Shown here in pieces: positions 9,773-18,782 of a stretch of DNA of 64,000 bases. Position 1 is the stretch's first letter; the number at the start of each line of letters is the position of its first letter. This stretch comes from a virus. The notes beneath the pieces were generated by a model that was not told the DNA's origin, made no database searches, and saw nothing but the letters and a program-made list of their open reading frames with translations. Location of the stretch: the IMG/VR virus record IMGVR_UViG_3300004369_000008, positions 9,987 to 73,986 of that record; one strand, given 5' to 3'. A program made the position numbers and the translations under genes.

Positions 9773-10036
9773 GTGAATCAAATTCACACTGCTCTCTGCA
9801 AGGCACACGCCGTTCTCAAGTGGTTTGCTTTTGGAGAGGCTGTCCGGTTGGCAGATCAAGTCTACAACATTTGTATTGCCTACCCGGATAAGAAAGATGA
9901 CGAGTCGGCCCAAAAACAATTGTTGGAGATTGCTCAGAAAACCCAAAACTTCTTGCAATCTCACAACGGTCCCCCAACTCATGACGAGTCCTACAAGGAA
10001 CTCTCGGCAGCGCTTCTCAAACACCAGATAGGATGA
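9773..10036 (+). CDS. Small helical hypothetical protein
   Basis: GTG start after AAGGA; ATGA overlap with next gene. Confidence 0.6.
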   Translation: MNQIHTALCKAHAVLKWFAFGEAVRLADQVYNICIAYPDKKDDESAQKQLLEIAQKTQNFLQSHNGPPTHDESYKELSAALLKHQIG

Positions 10037-10827
10037 AACCAATGTCAACCACTTTGAAACCTGATTTCCAATCATTCATGTTGCCCACAGGGGGCAACTT
10101 CACCGGACTGAAGATCGGCCATGAAGACATGACCTCTGAGAATACGGTTGCGACCGGATTGCTCGATGAGTCCGGTTCGACCAATTCCTTCGCACGAGAC
10201 ATGGAGTTGGCAGTCGGGGAGATCATCAAATCTCTTCGTGATTCGTCACGAGCAGAACACATCATGTATCGTCATTGTCACTTCGGCACTGGCTTTCGTG
10301 AACACCACGGTTATACACCGTTGTCGAAGCTGAATCCCGGCGATTACGACGGTTGTTACCAGCCGGGTGGTGCAACCCATTTGTACGACAGTTGTGTGAA
10401 TGTCATCGAAGCCACGCAGGTCTACGGTGAAGAGATAACGAATAAGAAGTACCTGTGCAATGGGTTCATCTACATCATCACGGACGGCGCAGACTACGGC
10501 TCGACGTTGACCATCCCTGATGTTCGTGATGCTCTTGCCAAAGCCATTGCCAGTGAAGATTTGGAATCGCTGATGACCGTTCTCATCGGCGTCAACGTCG
10601 GATCGTACAAGGCCGGACTGGAGAAGTTCAAAAACGATGCCGGTCTCACCCAGTTTATCACTCTGGAAAATACCAGTGCCAAGGCACTGGCGAAATTGTC
10701 CGGGTTCATCGTCTCGTCCATGATGGCTCAATCGCAACACCTCGGATTGGGTGGACCTTCACAACCCCTCGACCCGAACACAGGAAAGCCGGTTGCTGCC
10801 GGAAGCACAGGGTCGCTGACGTTTTAA
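10033..10827 (+). CDS. vWA domain protein (TerY-like)
   Basis: MIDAS LLDESGS, GATHLYD, ITDG, LIGV. Confidence 0.85.
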   Translation: MKPMSTTLKPDFQSFMLPTGGNFTGLKIGHEDMTSENTVATGLLDESGSTNSFARDMELAVGEIIKSLRDSSRAEHIMYRHCHFGTGFREHHGYTPLSKLNPGDYDGCYQPGGATHLYDSCVNVIEATQVYGEEITNKKYLCNGFIYIITDGADYGSTLTIPDVRDALAKAIASEDLESLMTVLIGVNVGSYKAGLEKFKNDAGLTQFITLENTSAKALAKLSGFIVSSMMAQSQHLGLGGPSQPLDPNTGKPVAAGSTGSLTF

Positions 10828-10886
10828 CCGTTAATCATCAAAGAAATCATCAAAGAGGGAGAAAAGGCTCATTGGTGGGAAGAGAA

Positions 10887-11432
10887 ATGATTTTCATTAA
10901 CGAACTCGATGTCATGCAAGATGGTTTCCGGTTGGCAAAACCGCAACTGTGCGACATGGTTAATTTTGTTGCACAAGGCGGGAGATTCAATCACGAATCG
11001 TTGTTGCAGCACAACCCTCAGAGAACATCTCTGGTGGCTGTGGTCGAGTTCGAAGATGGCCGCAGATTCATCCGAGATGGGTTTCACAGAGCGGCAGTGA
11101 TCCTTTTTGCCCGAGACGTGCCGTGCATATTTGATGATGAATACGTCATTGAGAATATGACGTATGACATGTATCTCGAACCGAACATTGAAAATCAATG
11201 GTACACGCCATTTGATCCACGCATCGAAGTCAGACGGTCTGACTTCTTTAATTTCAAAGATGAAGTTTTATCTCGCATCGATCAAGATGGTGTGATTGAT
11301 TTCATCAAACAAAACAAGGATCGTTACGCTATACCTCGAAATAGCAGTCACAAACTCGTGACTCATGCCGAGAAACTATGGCCAATTTGGAATCAAGATC
11401 ATGCCGATCATCAAGTCAATGCTAGACAATGA
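10887..11432 (+). CDS. ParB/Srx-like domain protein
   Basis: FEDGRRFIRDGFHR resembles ParB DGxHR motif. Confidence 0.55.
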   Translation: MIFINELDVMQDGFRLAKPQLCDMVNFVAQGGRFNHESLLQHNPQRTSLVAVVEFEDGRRFIRDGFHRAAVILFARDVPCIFDDEYVIENMTYDMYLEPNIENQWYTPFDPRIEVRRSDFFNFKDEVLSRIDQDGVIDFIKQNKDRYAIPRNSSHKLVTHAEKLWPIWNQDHADHQVNARQ

Positions 11433-12573
11433 TTTGTATAAATACTCGATGCAAGCGGCGGTGTTGGAATACCGCCAGCATGTACCTGTCAAATATGTCT
11501 TCAAGAACCGCCGACCAGAAGGCAAGTTCAATAAGGCATTCATGACTGGACTCAACCAAGAGTTGGAATCCATGTCAGAGGTCGCTGCAAAAGATGAAGA
11601 ACTGCAATGGTTCCAAGATACTTGTCCATTCATGACGGATCAGTACATGGAGTATCTTAGGAACTACCGATACAACCCAGCAGACATCAGTGCAAAACTC
11701 GTGGACGGCGATCTTCAATTAGAAATCAACGGCTCTTGGGATCGCACCATTCTCTGGGAAGTCCCTCTCATGAGCGTGATCTCAGAGTTGTATTTCACTC
11801 ATTGCGACACCAACTGGGCACATGACGAAATTGCTCAAGCCAATGCTTTGATTGAAAAGGGGAATCGACTCAAAGATTGTAGTCTGGCTGACTTTGGAAC
11901 TCGCCGTCGTCGCAGCCATAACATGCAAGATTTGGTGGTGAGAACCCTCAAGCAATTCCCTAAATTTGCGGGAACGAGCAATGTACATTTGGCGCACAAA
12001 TATGGCGTCAAACCAATCGGCACGATGGCCCACGAATGGATCATGGGAATCAGTGCCCTTGAAGGTTTGAGATTCGCCAACCGACAAGCTCTGAACATCT
12101 GGAGCAAAGTCTTCCGTGGTCGTCTGGGAGTGGCCCTGACGGATACATTTGGAACAGGTGCGTTCTTTGAAGATTTCGACGACTACCTCGCCCGTCTGTT
12201 TGATGGTGTGCGACATGATAGCGGTGATGCCTTGGTGTTTGCACGCAAAGTAATTAGTCATTACAAAAAACTTGGGATCGATCCGAAAACAAAAACCATT
12301 GTCTTCAGTGATGGACTTGATGTGGACACGGCCCTACAAATCCAGAAGGAGTTGGATGGTCTGGTTCGGATCAGCTTCGGCATCGGAACGCACTTAACCA
12401 ATGACTATGCAGGATCGAAGGCTCTAAACATGGTCATCAAACTGTGGTCTTGTAATGGCGTTACTGTGGTCAAGCTGAGCGACGTTGCTGCTAGTAAACA
12501 AATCGGTGACAAAGACGCTTTGCGTGTCGCCAACTGGACTTTCTTCAACACTCCATTGGATTCAGTTGTATAA
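11401..12573 (+). CDS. pncB: Nicotinate phosphoribosyltransferase
   Basis: DNDLYK, FGTRRR, GTSNV, GTMAHEW (phospho-His), RHDSGD, FSDGL, FGIGT. Confidence 0.95.
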   Translation: MPIIKSMLDNDLYKYSMQAAVLEYRQHVPVKYVFKNRRPEGKFNKAFMTGLNQELESMSEVAAKDEELQWFQDTCPFMTDQYMEYLRNYRYNPADISAKLVDGDLQLEINGSWDRTILWEVPLMSVISELYFTHCDTNWAHDEIAQANALIEKGNRLKDCSLADFGTRRRRSHNMQDLVVRTLKQFPKFAGTSNVHLAHKYGVKPIGTMAHEWIMGISALEGLRFANRQALNIWSKVFRGRLGVALTDTFGTGAFFEDFDDYLARLFDGVRHDSGDALVFARKVISHYKKLGIDPKTKTIVFSDGLDVDTALQIQKELDGLVRISFGIGTHLTNDYAGSKALNMVIKLWSCNGVTVVKLSDVAASKQIGDKDALRVANWTFFNTPLDSVV

Positions 12574-12579
12574 AGTTGG

Positions 12580-12607
12580 TTTACAAGCCAAAAACGTGTC
12601 GTAGAAT
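12580..12607 (+). promoter_or_regulatory. Sigma70-like internal promoter
   Basis: TTTACA-N16-TAGAAT. Confidence 0.65.
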
Positions 12608-12751
12608 AGAAGTAGGAGGAAGCAGTGGAAGATCGAATCCAAACATTGGAACGGATTTCAGGGCTTCAGGTCTCACACCGAATGGAGAAGGAACAACATG
12701 TCTTTACATTCGGCGTTGGTCCTCGTAACAAACCTGCGGAAAGGAACTTGA

Positions 12752-13228
12752 ATGCCAACCCCAATCGTAAAAGCTGGACTTGGCATTCTTGTCATCAAAG
12801 ACTCTAAGGTTCTCACTGGCATTCGCAAAGGAAGCCATGGAGAAGGCAGGAGAGCGTTTCCGGGTGGTCATATCGATTCAGAAGACGAATCTCTCGTCCA
12901 TGCCAGTTGTCGTGAATTGTCAGAAGAGTGTGGTATTCAAGTTCAACACCGATTGATCCGGGGTGGTTGGGACTTGTTTACAACATTCGACATTCTCAGC
13001 GAAGACGGACAGAAACGGTATGTGACCATTTACATGGTTGCCGACTATATTTCTGGTGGCGAGTGGATCGACGATCACACTCTGAAAGGACTAGAACCGG
13101 ATAAGTGCGAGAAGTGGGAGTTTCATTCACTTGAAACTTTGGCCAAGTTAATCAAAGCCGAAGGAGATCAAGTGTGGATTCCCATTGATCGAATCCAACT
13201 TCAACAGGAGACCTTGAATGAACGGTAG
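12752..13228 (+). CDS. Nudix hydrolase (NUDT15/MutT-like)
   Basis: RKGSHGEG..AFPGGH, RELSEECG, LEPDKCEKW. Confidence 0.88.
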   Translation: MPTPIVKAGLGILVIKDSKVLTGIRKGSHGEGRRAFPGGHIDSEDESLVHASCRELSEECGIQVQHRLIRGGWDLFTTFDILSEDGQKRYVTIYMVADYISGGEWIDDHTLKGLEPDKCEKWEFHSLETLAKLIKAEGDQVWIPIDRIQLQQETLNER

Positions 13229-13772
13229 CATTCCTCCTTTTCTGATGCCTTTCATGCAGCAGGATGACGGACGACGCAGCCCTGCGGACGACGCTTTTGT
13301 TCCCCCTCGCATCAACAAGGCCATTGAGTTCCTTGAACTCATGGCTCTGAAGCGTCGGAGACAAGCGGCTGCATCCGATCATCAAATGGAGGTTATCGAA
13401 CCTGACAATCTCTGTGCTGAGGAAGAAGCAGCACGAGATTCAGCACTCCAATGTCTTGCCAAATACTTTGATGGCAAGCTGGAAAACAACGTCTGGGAAG
13501 AGCTTCGCCTACAATCCATCAAGCAGAAGGTGGAACACGAAGGGCAATGCGGACATGGCGTCAGCGGTGGCGTAGGTCGTATGATGAGTTGTCCGGCTTG
13601 CCACCAAAGTCCTCAACCCGATCCAAATTGCTCTCTGTGTGAAGGCTGTGGCCACTTGATGGTTCAGCCTGCTACGCCAGAGAATGTTCCACACCCCATT
13701 ATGACGATCATGGAACAAATCTTCAAAGCTCGTCCTCAACGGGGAGACGAAAAAGATGGAGACGCAGAATGA
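13218..13772 (+). CDS. Hypothetical protein with Zn-ribbon
   Basis: CPAC...CSLCEGCG; overlaps both neighbours. Confidence 0.7.
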   Translation: MNGSIPPFLMPFMQQDDGRRSPADDAFVPPRINKAIEFLELMALKRRRQAAASDHQMEVIEPDNLCAEEEAARDSALQCLAKYFDGKLENNVWEELRLQSIKQKVEHEGQCGHGVSGGVGRMMSCPACHQSPQPDPNCSLCEGCGHLMVQPATPENVPHPIMTIMEQIFKARPQRGDEKDGDAE

Positions 13773-15901
13773 ACGAGTTCGGTTTTGTCCGCATTACCGC
13801 TGTATCGCCGGTACTCAAGGTCGGCGATCCCGATTTTAACACCACCAAAACGTTACAAGTTTTGGAACAGGTGCAAGACTCAGACATCGTAGTGTTTCCA
13901 GAACTCGGCATCACTGGCTACACCTGCGGTGATCTGTTCCGTCAAGACACCCTCTACTACTCGATCTTCGAGCAGTTGGTCCGGCTCTGCGACTACAGCA
14001 AGAACCGACCACACCAGTTGATCTTCGTAGGTGCGCCTTTCCGACTCGACAACAGCCTCTACAACTGTGCCTTCGCCATCAACAATGGTCGTGTAGTTGG
14101 GATCGTCCCCAAACAGAACATCCCCAACTACAACGAGTTCTACGAAGGACGGTGGTTCCGCCGAGCAACTGGACAAGAACGCCAGAATGTTGCGTTGCTC
14201 TCTGGGCCACTCGCTGCGAGGAACATTGGGTTTGTCAACAGATGCCCGGTCTTATTCTTCGAGGCGTCCTTCAAATGGGTCCAAATATGCAATTCCCATG
14301 TGCCTTTCGGAACCAATCTGATCTTCTGGCACAAAGATGTGGGGATCATGGCTGAAATCTGCGAGGACTTGTGGATGCCCATTCCACCAAGTTCCTACGC
14401 CGCCCTCGCTGGGGCGCACATTATGGTCAACTTGTCGGCCAGTAATGAAACAGTCGCCAAGTGCGAATACCGACGTGCCCTCGTTGCCCAACAGTCTGGC
14501 CGCTGCATGTCGGCCTACATCTATGCTTCGTCTGGGCCGAAAGAATCAACCAGTGATGTTGTCTTTGGTGGGCATTGCCTCATCGCTGAGAACAGTCACA
14601 TGTTGATTGAATCGGAACGAGTCGGCGATGGCAAGTTGCATACGGGCGGCTCTGTCTTCATCACAGCGGACGTGGACGTTCAGAAGTTGCAAGCCGAACG
14701 TCGCTGCACAACCAGCTTTGGCGATGCCTCCAACAACACCAACCAATTCCAGCCTGTTCGGATTGAGTTGCTCGAAGAAGAAACTCCGAAACCGTTGATC
14801 CAGAAACGGAATGGGCGTCCGTTCGTTCCTCAAAACGAAACCACGCTTCACAATCGGTGTGCCGAAATCTTCGGGATTCAGGTCGCTGGACTTTCCAAGA
14901 GAATTGAACGTCTCGGCGGACAACCTGCGTTGCAAATCGGAATCTCTGGTGGCTTGGACTCCACTCTGGCTGCATTGGTGGCTGCCAAGGCGTGTAAGAT
15001 AACCGGCTTCAAGTCAAGCATCATCAAGGCAATCACAATGCCGGGGTTTGGGACAACGCCCAAGACCAAGACAAACGCCTTGGCTCTCATGGAACATCTG
15101 GGATTCGAGTCGGACACCATCGACATTCGACCGGCGTGTCTCCAGACATTTCGGGACATCAAACACAGCCCTTTCGGAATTGACTTGGGACAAGCTGGAG
15201 AAGCCGGATCGCTAGGAGTTGAAGGCTTAACAGGCACGCTTGCTGGACTTAATCCAGAAGTCCTCGCCCAAGGCGATCTCAAGTTCGAGAACATTCAGGC
15301 TCGCCAACGGACCTATCTGCTCATGAGCCGGGGGTTCGTGTTGGGGACGGGTGATCTCTCTGAGTTGGCCTTGGGGTGGTGTACCTACAATGGCGATCAC
15401 ATGAGCATGTACAACGTAAACTGCTCGATCCCCAAGACGCTCGTGAAGTTTCTCGTCAATTACGTTGCGATGCACGAGTATGACGATGGGCCGGTGCGAC
15501 AAACGTTGTTGGACATCGTTGGCACAAAGATTTCCCCAGAACTTTTGCCGCACAATCAGGGCGAAATCGTACAATCCACTGAGGATGTCCTTGGACCATA
15601 CGAGTTGCACGACTTCTACCTCTTCTACCTCATGAGAAACGGATTCTCGCCGAAGAAAATATGGTATCTCACCAACAATACCATATTCACTCAGAACTAC
15701 AGCCCAGAACTCAAGCTGAAGACGCTGCGAACGTTCATTGCACGCTTCTTCTCTCAGCAATTCAAACGGAATTGTGTTCCTGATGGTCCAAAAGTTGGTT
15801 CTGTCAGTTTGTCACCTCGTGGTGATTGGCGTATGCCATCCGACGCCGACGCAACTCTGTGGCTCAAGGAAGTAGACGATATTGAATGGAGCTTGCGATG
15901 A
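13769..15901 (+). CDS. nadE: Glutamine-dependent NAD+ synthetase
   Basis: Nitrilase triad FPEL / VPK / EICEDLW; GISGGLDST; ENIQARQR; GTGDLSE; SPRGDWRMPSD. Confidence 0.96.
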   Translation: MNEFGFVRITAVSPVLKVGDPDFNTTKTLQVLEQVQDSDIVVFPELGITGYTCGDLFRQDTLYYSIFEQLVRLCDYSKNRPHQLIFVGAPFRLDNSLYNCAFAINNGRVVGIVPKQNIPNYNEFYEGRWFRRATGQERQNVALLSGPLAARNIGFVNRCPVLFFEASFKWVQICNSHVPFGTNLIFWHKDVGIMAEICEDLWMPIPPSSYAALAGAHIMVNLSASNETVAKCEYRRALVAQQSGRCMSAYIYASSGPKESTSDVVFGGHCLIAENSHMLIESERVGDGKLHTGGSVFITADVDVQKLQAERRCTTSFGDASNNTNQFQPVRIELLEEETPKPLIQKRNGRPFVPQNETTLHNRCAEIFGIQVAGLSKRIERLGGQPALQIGISGGLDSTLAALVAAKACKITGFKSSIIKAITMPGFGTTPKTKTNALALMEHLGFESDTIDIRPACLQTFRDIKHSPFGIDLGQAGEAGSLGVEGLTGTLAGLNPEVLAQGDLKFENIQARQRTYLLMSRGFVLGTGDLSELALGWCTYNGDHMSMYNVNCSIPKTLVKFLVNYVAMHEYDDGPVRQTLLDIVGTKISPELLPHNQGEIVQSTEDVLGPYELHDFYLFYLMRNGFSPKKIWYLTNNTIFTQNYSPELKLKTLRTFIARFFSQQFKRNCVPDGPKVGSVSLSPRGDWRMPSDADATLWLKEVDDIEWSLR

Positions 15902-16035
15902 ATACAGGATCATACTTCAAGATTGGTAGCACACACGTCGTTTGTGAAGATTATGCAATTCACACAGATGACGCCGTGGTTGTTTCTGATGGCTGTTCAA
16001 ATGGTGGTGGACCATTGATGACCCTGAAATCGTAG
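15898..16035 (+). pseudogene. Truncated PP2C-like phosphatase (N-terminal 45 aa)
   Basis: ATGA-coupled to nadE; MNTGSYFKIGSTHVVCEDYA...VVVSDGCS has the PP2C GxxH..C.D and DG motifs, then stops. Confidence 0.7.
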
Positions 16036-16160
16036 CCGACATGAGGTTGTGTCATGCGTCGAATCAGGTACAATTCGCCCGAGCAGACAAATTGTTTGTT
16101 CTGAAGGTAAAATGACCACTTACTGAATGGACTTAGGATGAAAACTCCAGATGGTTGGGG

Positions 16161-16192
16161 AAGGGCTGGGCCGAAAGGCTCAGCCCTTTTTT
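16161..16192 (+). terminator. Rho-independent terminator ending the plus-strand island
   Basis: AAGGGCTGGGCC-GAAA-GGCTCAGCCCTT followed by T-run. Confidence 0.8.
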
Positions 16193-16986
16193 GTTGCGCT
16201 CTTGCGATATTCAACCTCTTCAGGCGTGCAAATTCTATCGTGAATCTCACACGCCTCATCGTAGTTTTCAATCCATTCATGTAGAGGTTGCTCTCTAAGT
16301 TTTCTGGATTTTGGTCGGAGTGAACCCATTCGGAATACCCCTAAGAAATCCAAAATTCGATTGGTTTGATTGTCCCAATCATCAAGGAAATCTTCGTAGA
16401 AAACCTCAAGAGTATCTAATCCTTGAGTCTCTCTTTTGATTTTTTCAACATAATTCTGATCCCATGTGTACCATCCTCGAAAATGATCTTCAGTAACATG
16501 AATTTTAATGACATCCGCAGGACCATCATTTCGTTCGGTTCCATCTGGAAGTTCAGTGAATCTTTGCCAAAGATCAGTCTTGATAGCCACGGATTGAGAC
16601 GTGTATTGTTCCATCCTGTTTCTGCGGAAGGGAATAATGATCTTGTAACCTTGTTCTCGGATGTAATCTCGAACATCAGTGAGTTCTCCAAGAGGATCGG
16701 GATGCTCATGTGTGCGTGCTTGATAGCCTTGGAGCTTAAACCCGACAGCTAAATGCTCAGGCTTGACATTCTCCGATAAAATCTTTTCAAGATAGCTCTT
16801 AGCTGTTGCGTGTTCTGAGTAGCATGTCTTGAACTGATGATATCCGATTTGATCTGGATACTTGTGATATCTTTGGTGAAAAAGTTCAGCTAGACATAGA
16901 ACTTGGGGATGATGTCCCAGAACTCCCCACAGCATGGTCGAGCCTGTTCTTGGCTGATGACAGATAGCAAATTTAATGATCGACAT
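16180..16986 (-). CDS. Sulfotransferase (Stf0-like)
   Basis: PAPS-binding QPRTGSTML, ELFH, GFKL, RRN..EQYTS, YEDF. Confidence 0.85.
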   Translation of the reverse strand: MSIIKFAICHQPRTGSTMLWGVLGHHPQVLCLAELFHQRYHKYPDQIGYHQFKTCYSEHATAKSYLEKILSENVKPEHLAVGFKLQGYQARTHEHPDPLGELTDVRDYIREQGYKIIIPFRRNRMEQYTSQSVAIKTDLWQRFTELPDGTERNDGPADVIKIHVTEDHFRGWYTWDQNYVEKIKRETQGLDTLEVFYEDFLDDWDNQTNRILDFLGVFRMGSLRPKSRKLREQPLHEWIENYDEACEIHDRICTPEEVEYRKSATKKG

Positions 16987-17455
16987 TTCTTATCCTAACC
17001 CACTCGGTGAACGAGGATGACATTTTGCGACGTATTGAATTCAGATAACGTGGCAACGTGTCTTTGAGTTTAGGATGAAGTTTTGTTTGTTTCATCTCGG
17101 AGAATGATACCCATTTCCAATCAGTGTGTTCATCACTCAAGTTTTTCACGTCGAACTGGTCCTGAACTCGATAGAGAAATGTCGTGAAGGTCTTGCGACC
17201 GTCCTTGCTAACCAGTGTTTCAAATCTTCGACCGGGAATACTTTCGAGACCAGTTTCCTCTTTGGTCTCCCTGATGGCTGTTCCAATTTTTGTTTCACCA
17301 TCTTTGGCACCACCGCCCGGCAAACACCAAGTTTCTCCATTGTCAGAATCGCCTGATCTTTTCAACAGAAGAACCGATTCGCCATCGGTGAATAGTATTC
17401 CAGCAGCCTGCTTGTTATTTACTTTAGTGCCGCCCTTGCCAAATCTGTGAAACAT
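16973..17455 (-). CDS. Nudix hydrolase
   Basis: WCLPGGGAKDGETKIGTAIRETKEETG Nudix box; LSDEH..WKW. Confidence 0.9.
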   Translation of the reverse strand: MFHRFGKGGTKVNNKQAAGILFTDGESVLLLKRSGDSDNGETWCLPGGGAKDGETKIGTAIRETKEETGLESIPGRRFETLVSKDGRKTFTTFLYRVQDQFDVKNLSDEHTDWKWVSFSEMKQTKLHPKLKDTLPRYLNSIRRKMSSSFTEWVRIRNVDH

Positions 17456-17925
17456 TACTTAGGCCCTCTTTTCAGAGGGACTCGCTTCAAATTTTCGATA
17501 TGACGATCTGGCTTATCTTTGAGATCGTGCATGATGCTACGAACCTTTTGTGCAATTTCAGAAGCGTTCTCTGAATCTGTAGAAGCCGTGGATTGGACAG
17601 AGACAGTCTTGCGGTCTTTGTTGTAGAACCCCTTGGAGATATAGAACTTCTTCTCCTTGGGATTCCAGCTAACCACACATGACCACTCTCCATCATCCCA
17701 GTTTCTTGCAGAAACAAGGATGCGAATGGGTTGTTCTTCGAACACATGCTTGACATGCAGATCATATTTCTTGAGCGCAGCCGAGACATAACCGAGGCAA
17801 ATCTTAGCGTAACTGTCCAGAATCTCATCGATTTTGGTGCGGAAGTTGACTTCCACGCTGTAACGTGAATCTGCTTCGGCGAGTGTGCTTTGGTCTTTCA
17901 ACCAGCTAATGAAAGTTCTGCTCAT
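17455..17925 (-). CDS. Hypothetical protein (possible head-packaged)
   Basis: 156 aa; N-terminus MSRTFISWL; CTATATA just upstream. Confidence 0.7.
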   Translation of the reverse strand: MSRTFISWLKDQSTLAEADSRYSVEVNFRTKIDEILDSYAKICLGYVSAALKKYDLHVKHVFEEQPIRILVSARNWDDGEWSCVVSWNPKEKKFYISKGFYNKDRKTVSVQSTASTDSENASEIAQKVRSIMHDLKDKPDRHIENLKRVPLKRGPK

Positions 17926-17928
17926 GTC

Positions 17929-18705
17929 TTATATAGCCTTTTTGCTCAACCATTTCTCAAAGGCTTCTTCATCGTATTTAGCATGTTTAACATTGTTTGC
18001 AACCTGAGTGACTGGCCTGAGATTATCTAAACGATTGATTAAGGTGATATCATCAATTCCATGATCCACAAATACCTTAATTGGCCAGATATGGTCTATG
18101 TGCCAATTGCCATCTTTCACCTTCTCCCAGTTGGGGTGTTGAGTGATATGTTCTTGAAGTTCCTTCGGGCCATAACCAAGCATGTCGCTAGTGCGACCCA
18201 CCTTATCTTTGCCTACAGCTTTGAGAGAAGAATTGAGAGCCTTGTAACATCGTTTGCGGAAGAGATCATTGAGCCGTTTCTGCTTTCGATCTTCTATCCA
18301 TCCATGGTTGCCTGATACTGTGTTCTTCTGGCGACCACACTCAAAACAGTATTGGCCTTGGTGATGAAACCCAGCAAAGGTGATCTTTGACTCACTGCCG
18401 CATTTGCAAATGTAGCGATGTTTATGATGAATGCCCATGAACTCATCATCAAGAAACTCGCACCCACGATCCTTGAATATCTGCTTCACTTGTTTGAGTG
18501 ATCGCTTTTTAGACTGGCCGTGCTTAGTGCAATTGCCACATCGTTTTCCCTTGGTGAAATTGTTCCAAGTGGTTGTTCCATAACATCCGCAACTACATTT
18601 GTAATCCATTGGCAACATACATCCAACGTATTCATCAAGTAGCTCACATCCTTGTTCCTTGAAGTATTGAGCCGCCTCTTCTGTTGTTCTTTTAAGCTTT
18701 CCCAT
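17929..18705 (-). mobile_element. Free-standing HNH homing-endonuclease-like gene with tandem Zn-ribbon repeats
   Basis: Two GCE(L/F)LD..Y.C.CG repeats; WHIDHIWP...NLRP...N..K HNH motif. Confidence 0.75.
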
Positions 18706-18747
18706 AACAAAGCCTCCTTACACATATAGTAGTAAGGAGGCTTTGTT
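18706..18747 (-). promoter_or_regulatory. 16-bp hairpin sequestering the HNH gene RBS
   Basis: AACAAAGCCTCCTTAC-N10-GTAAGGAGGCTTTGTT immediately before the ATG. Confidence 0.75.
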
Positions 18748-18782
18748 TTCAATCCAGAGTGATTGAATGTTTTCAATCCAAT

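Noticed and set aside
11401-12573. Nampt of the known NARP2 pathway
   Set aside because: The motifs (GTMAHEW, FSDGL, FGIGT) are PncB-type, and linkage to nicotinamidase and NadE fits the nicotinate route.
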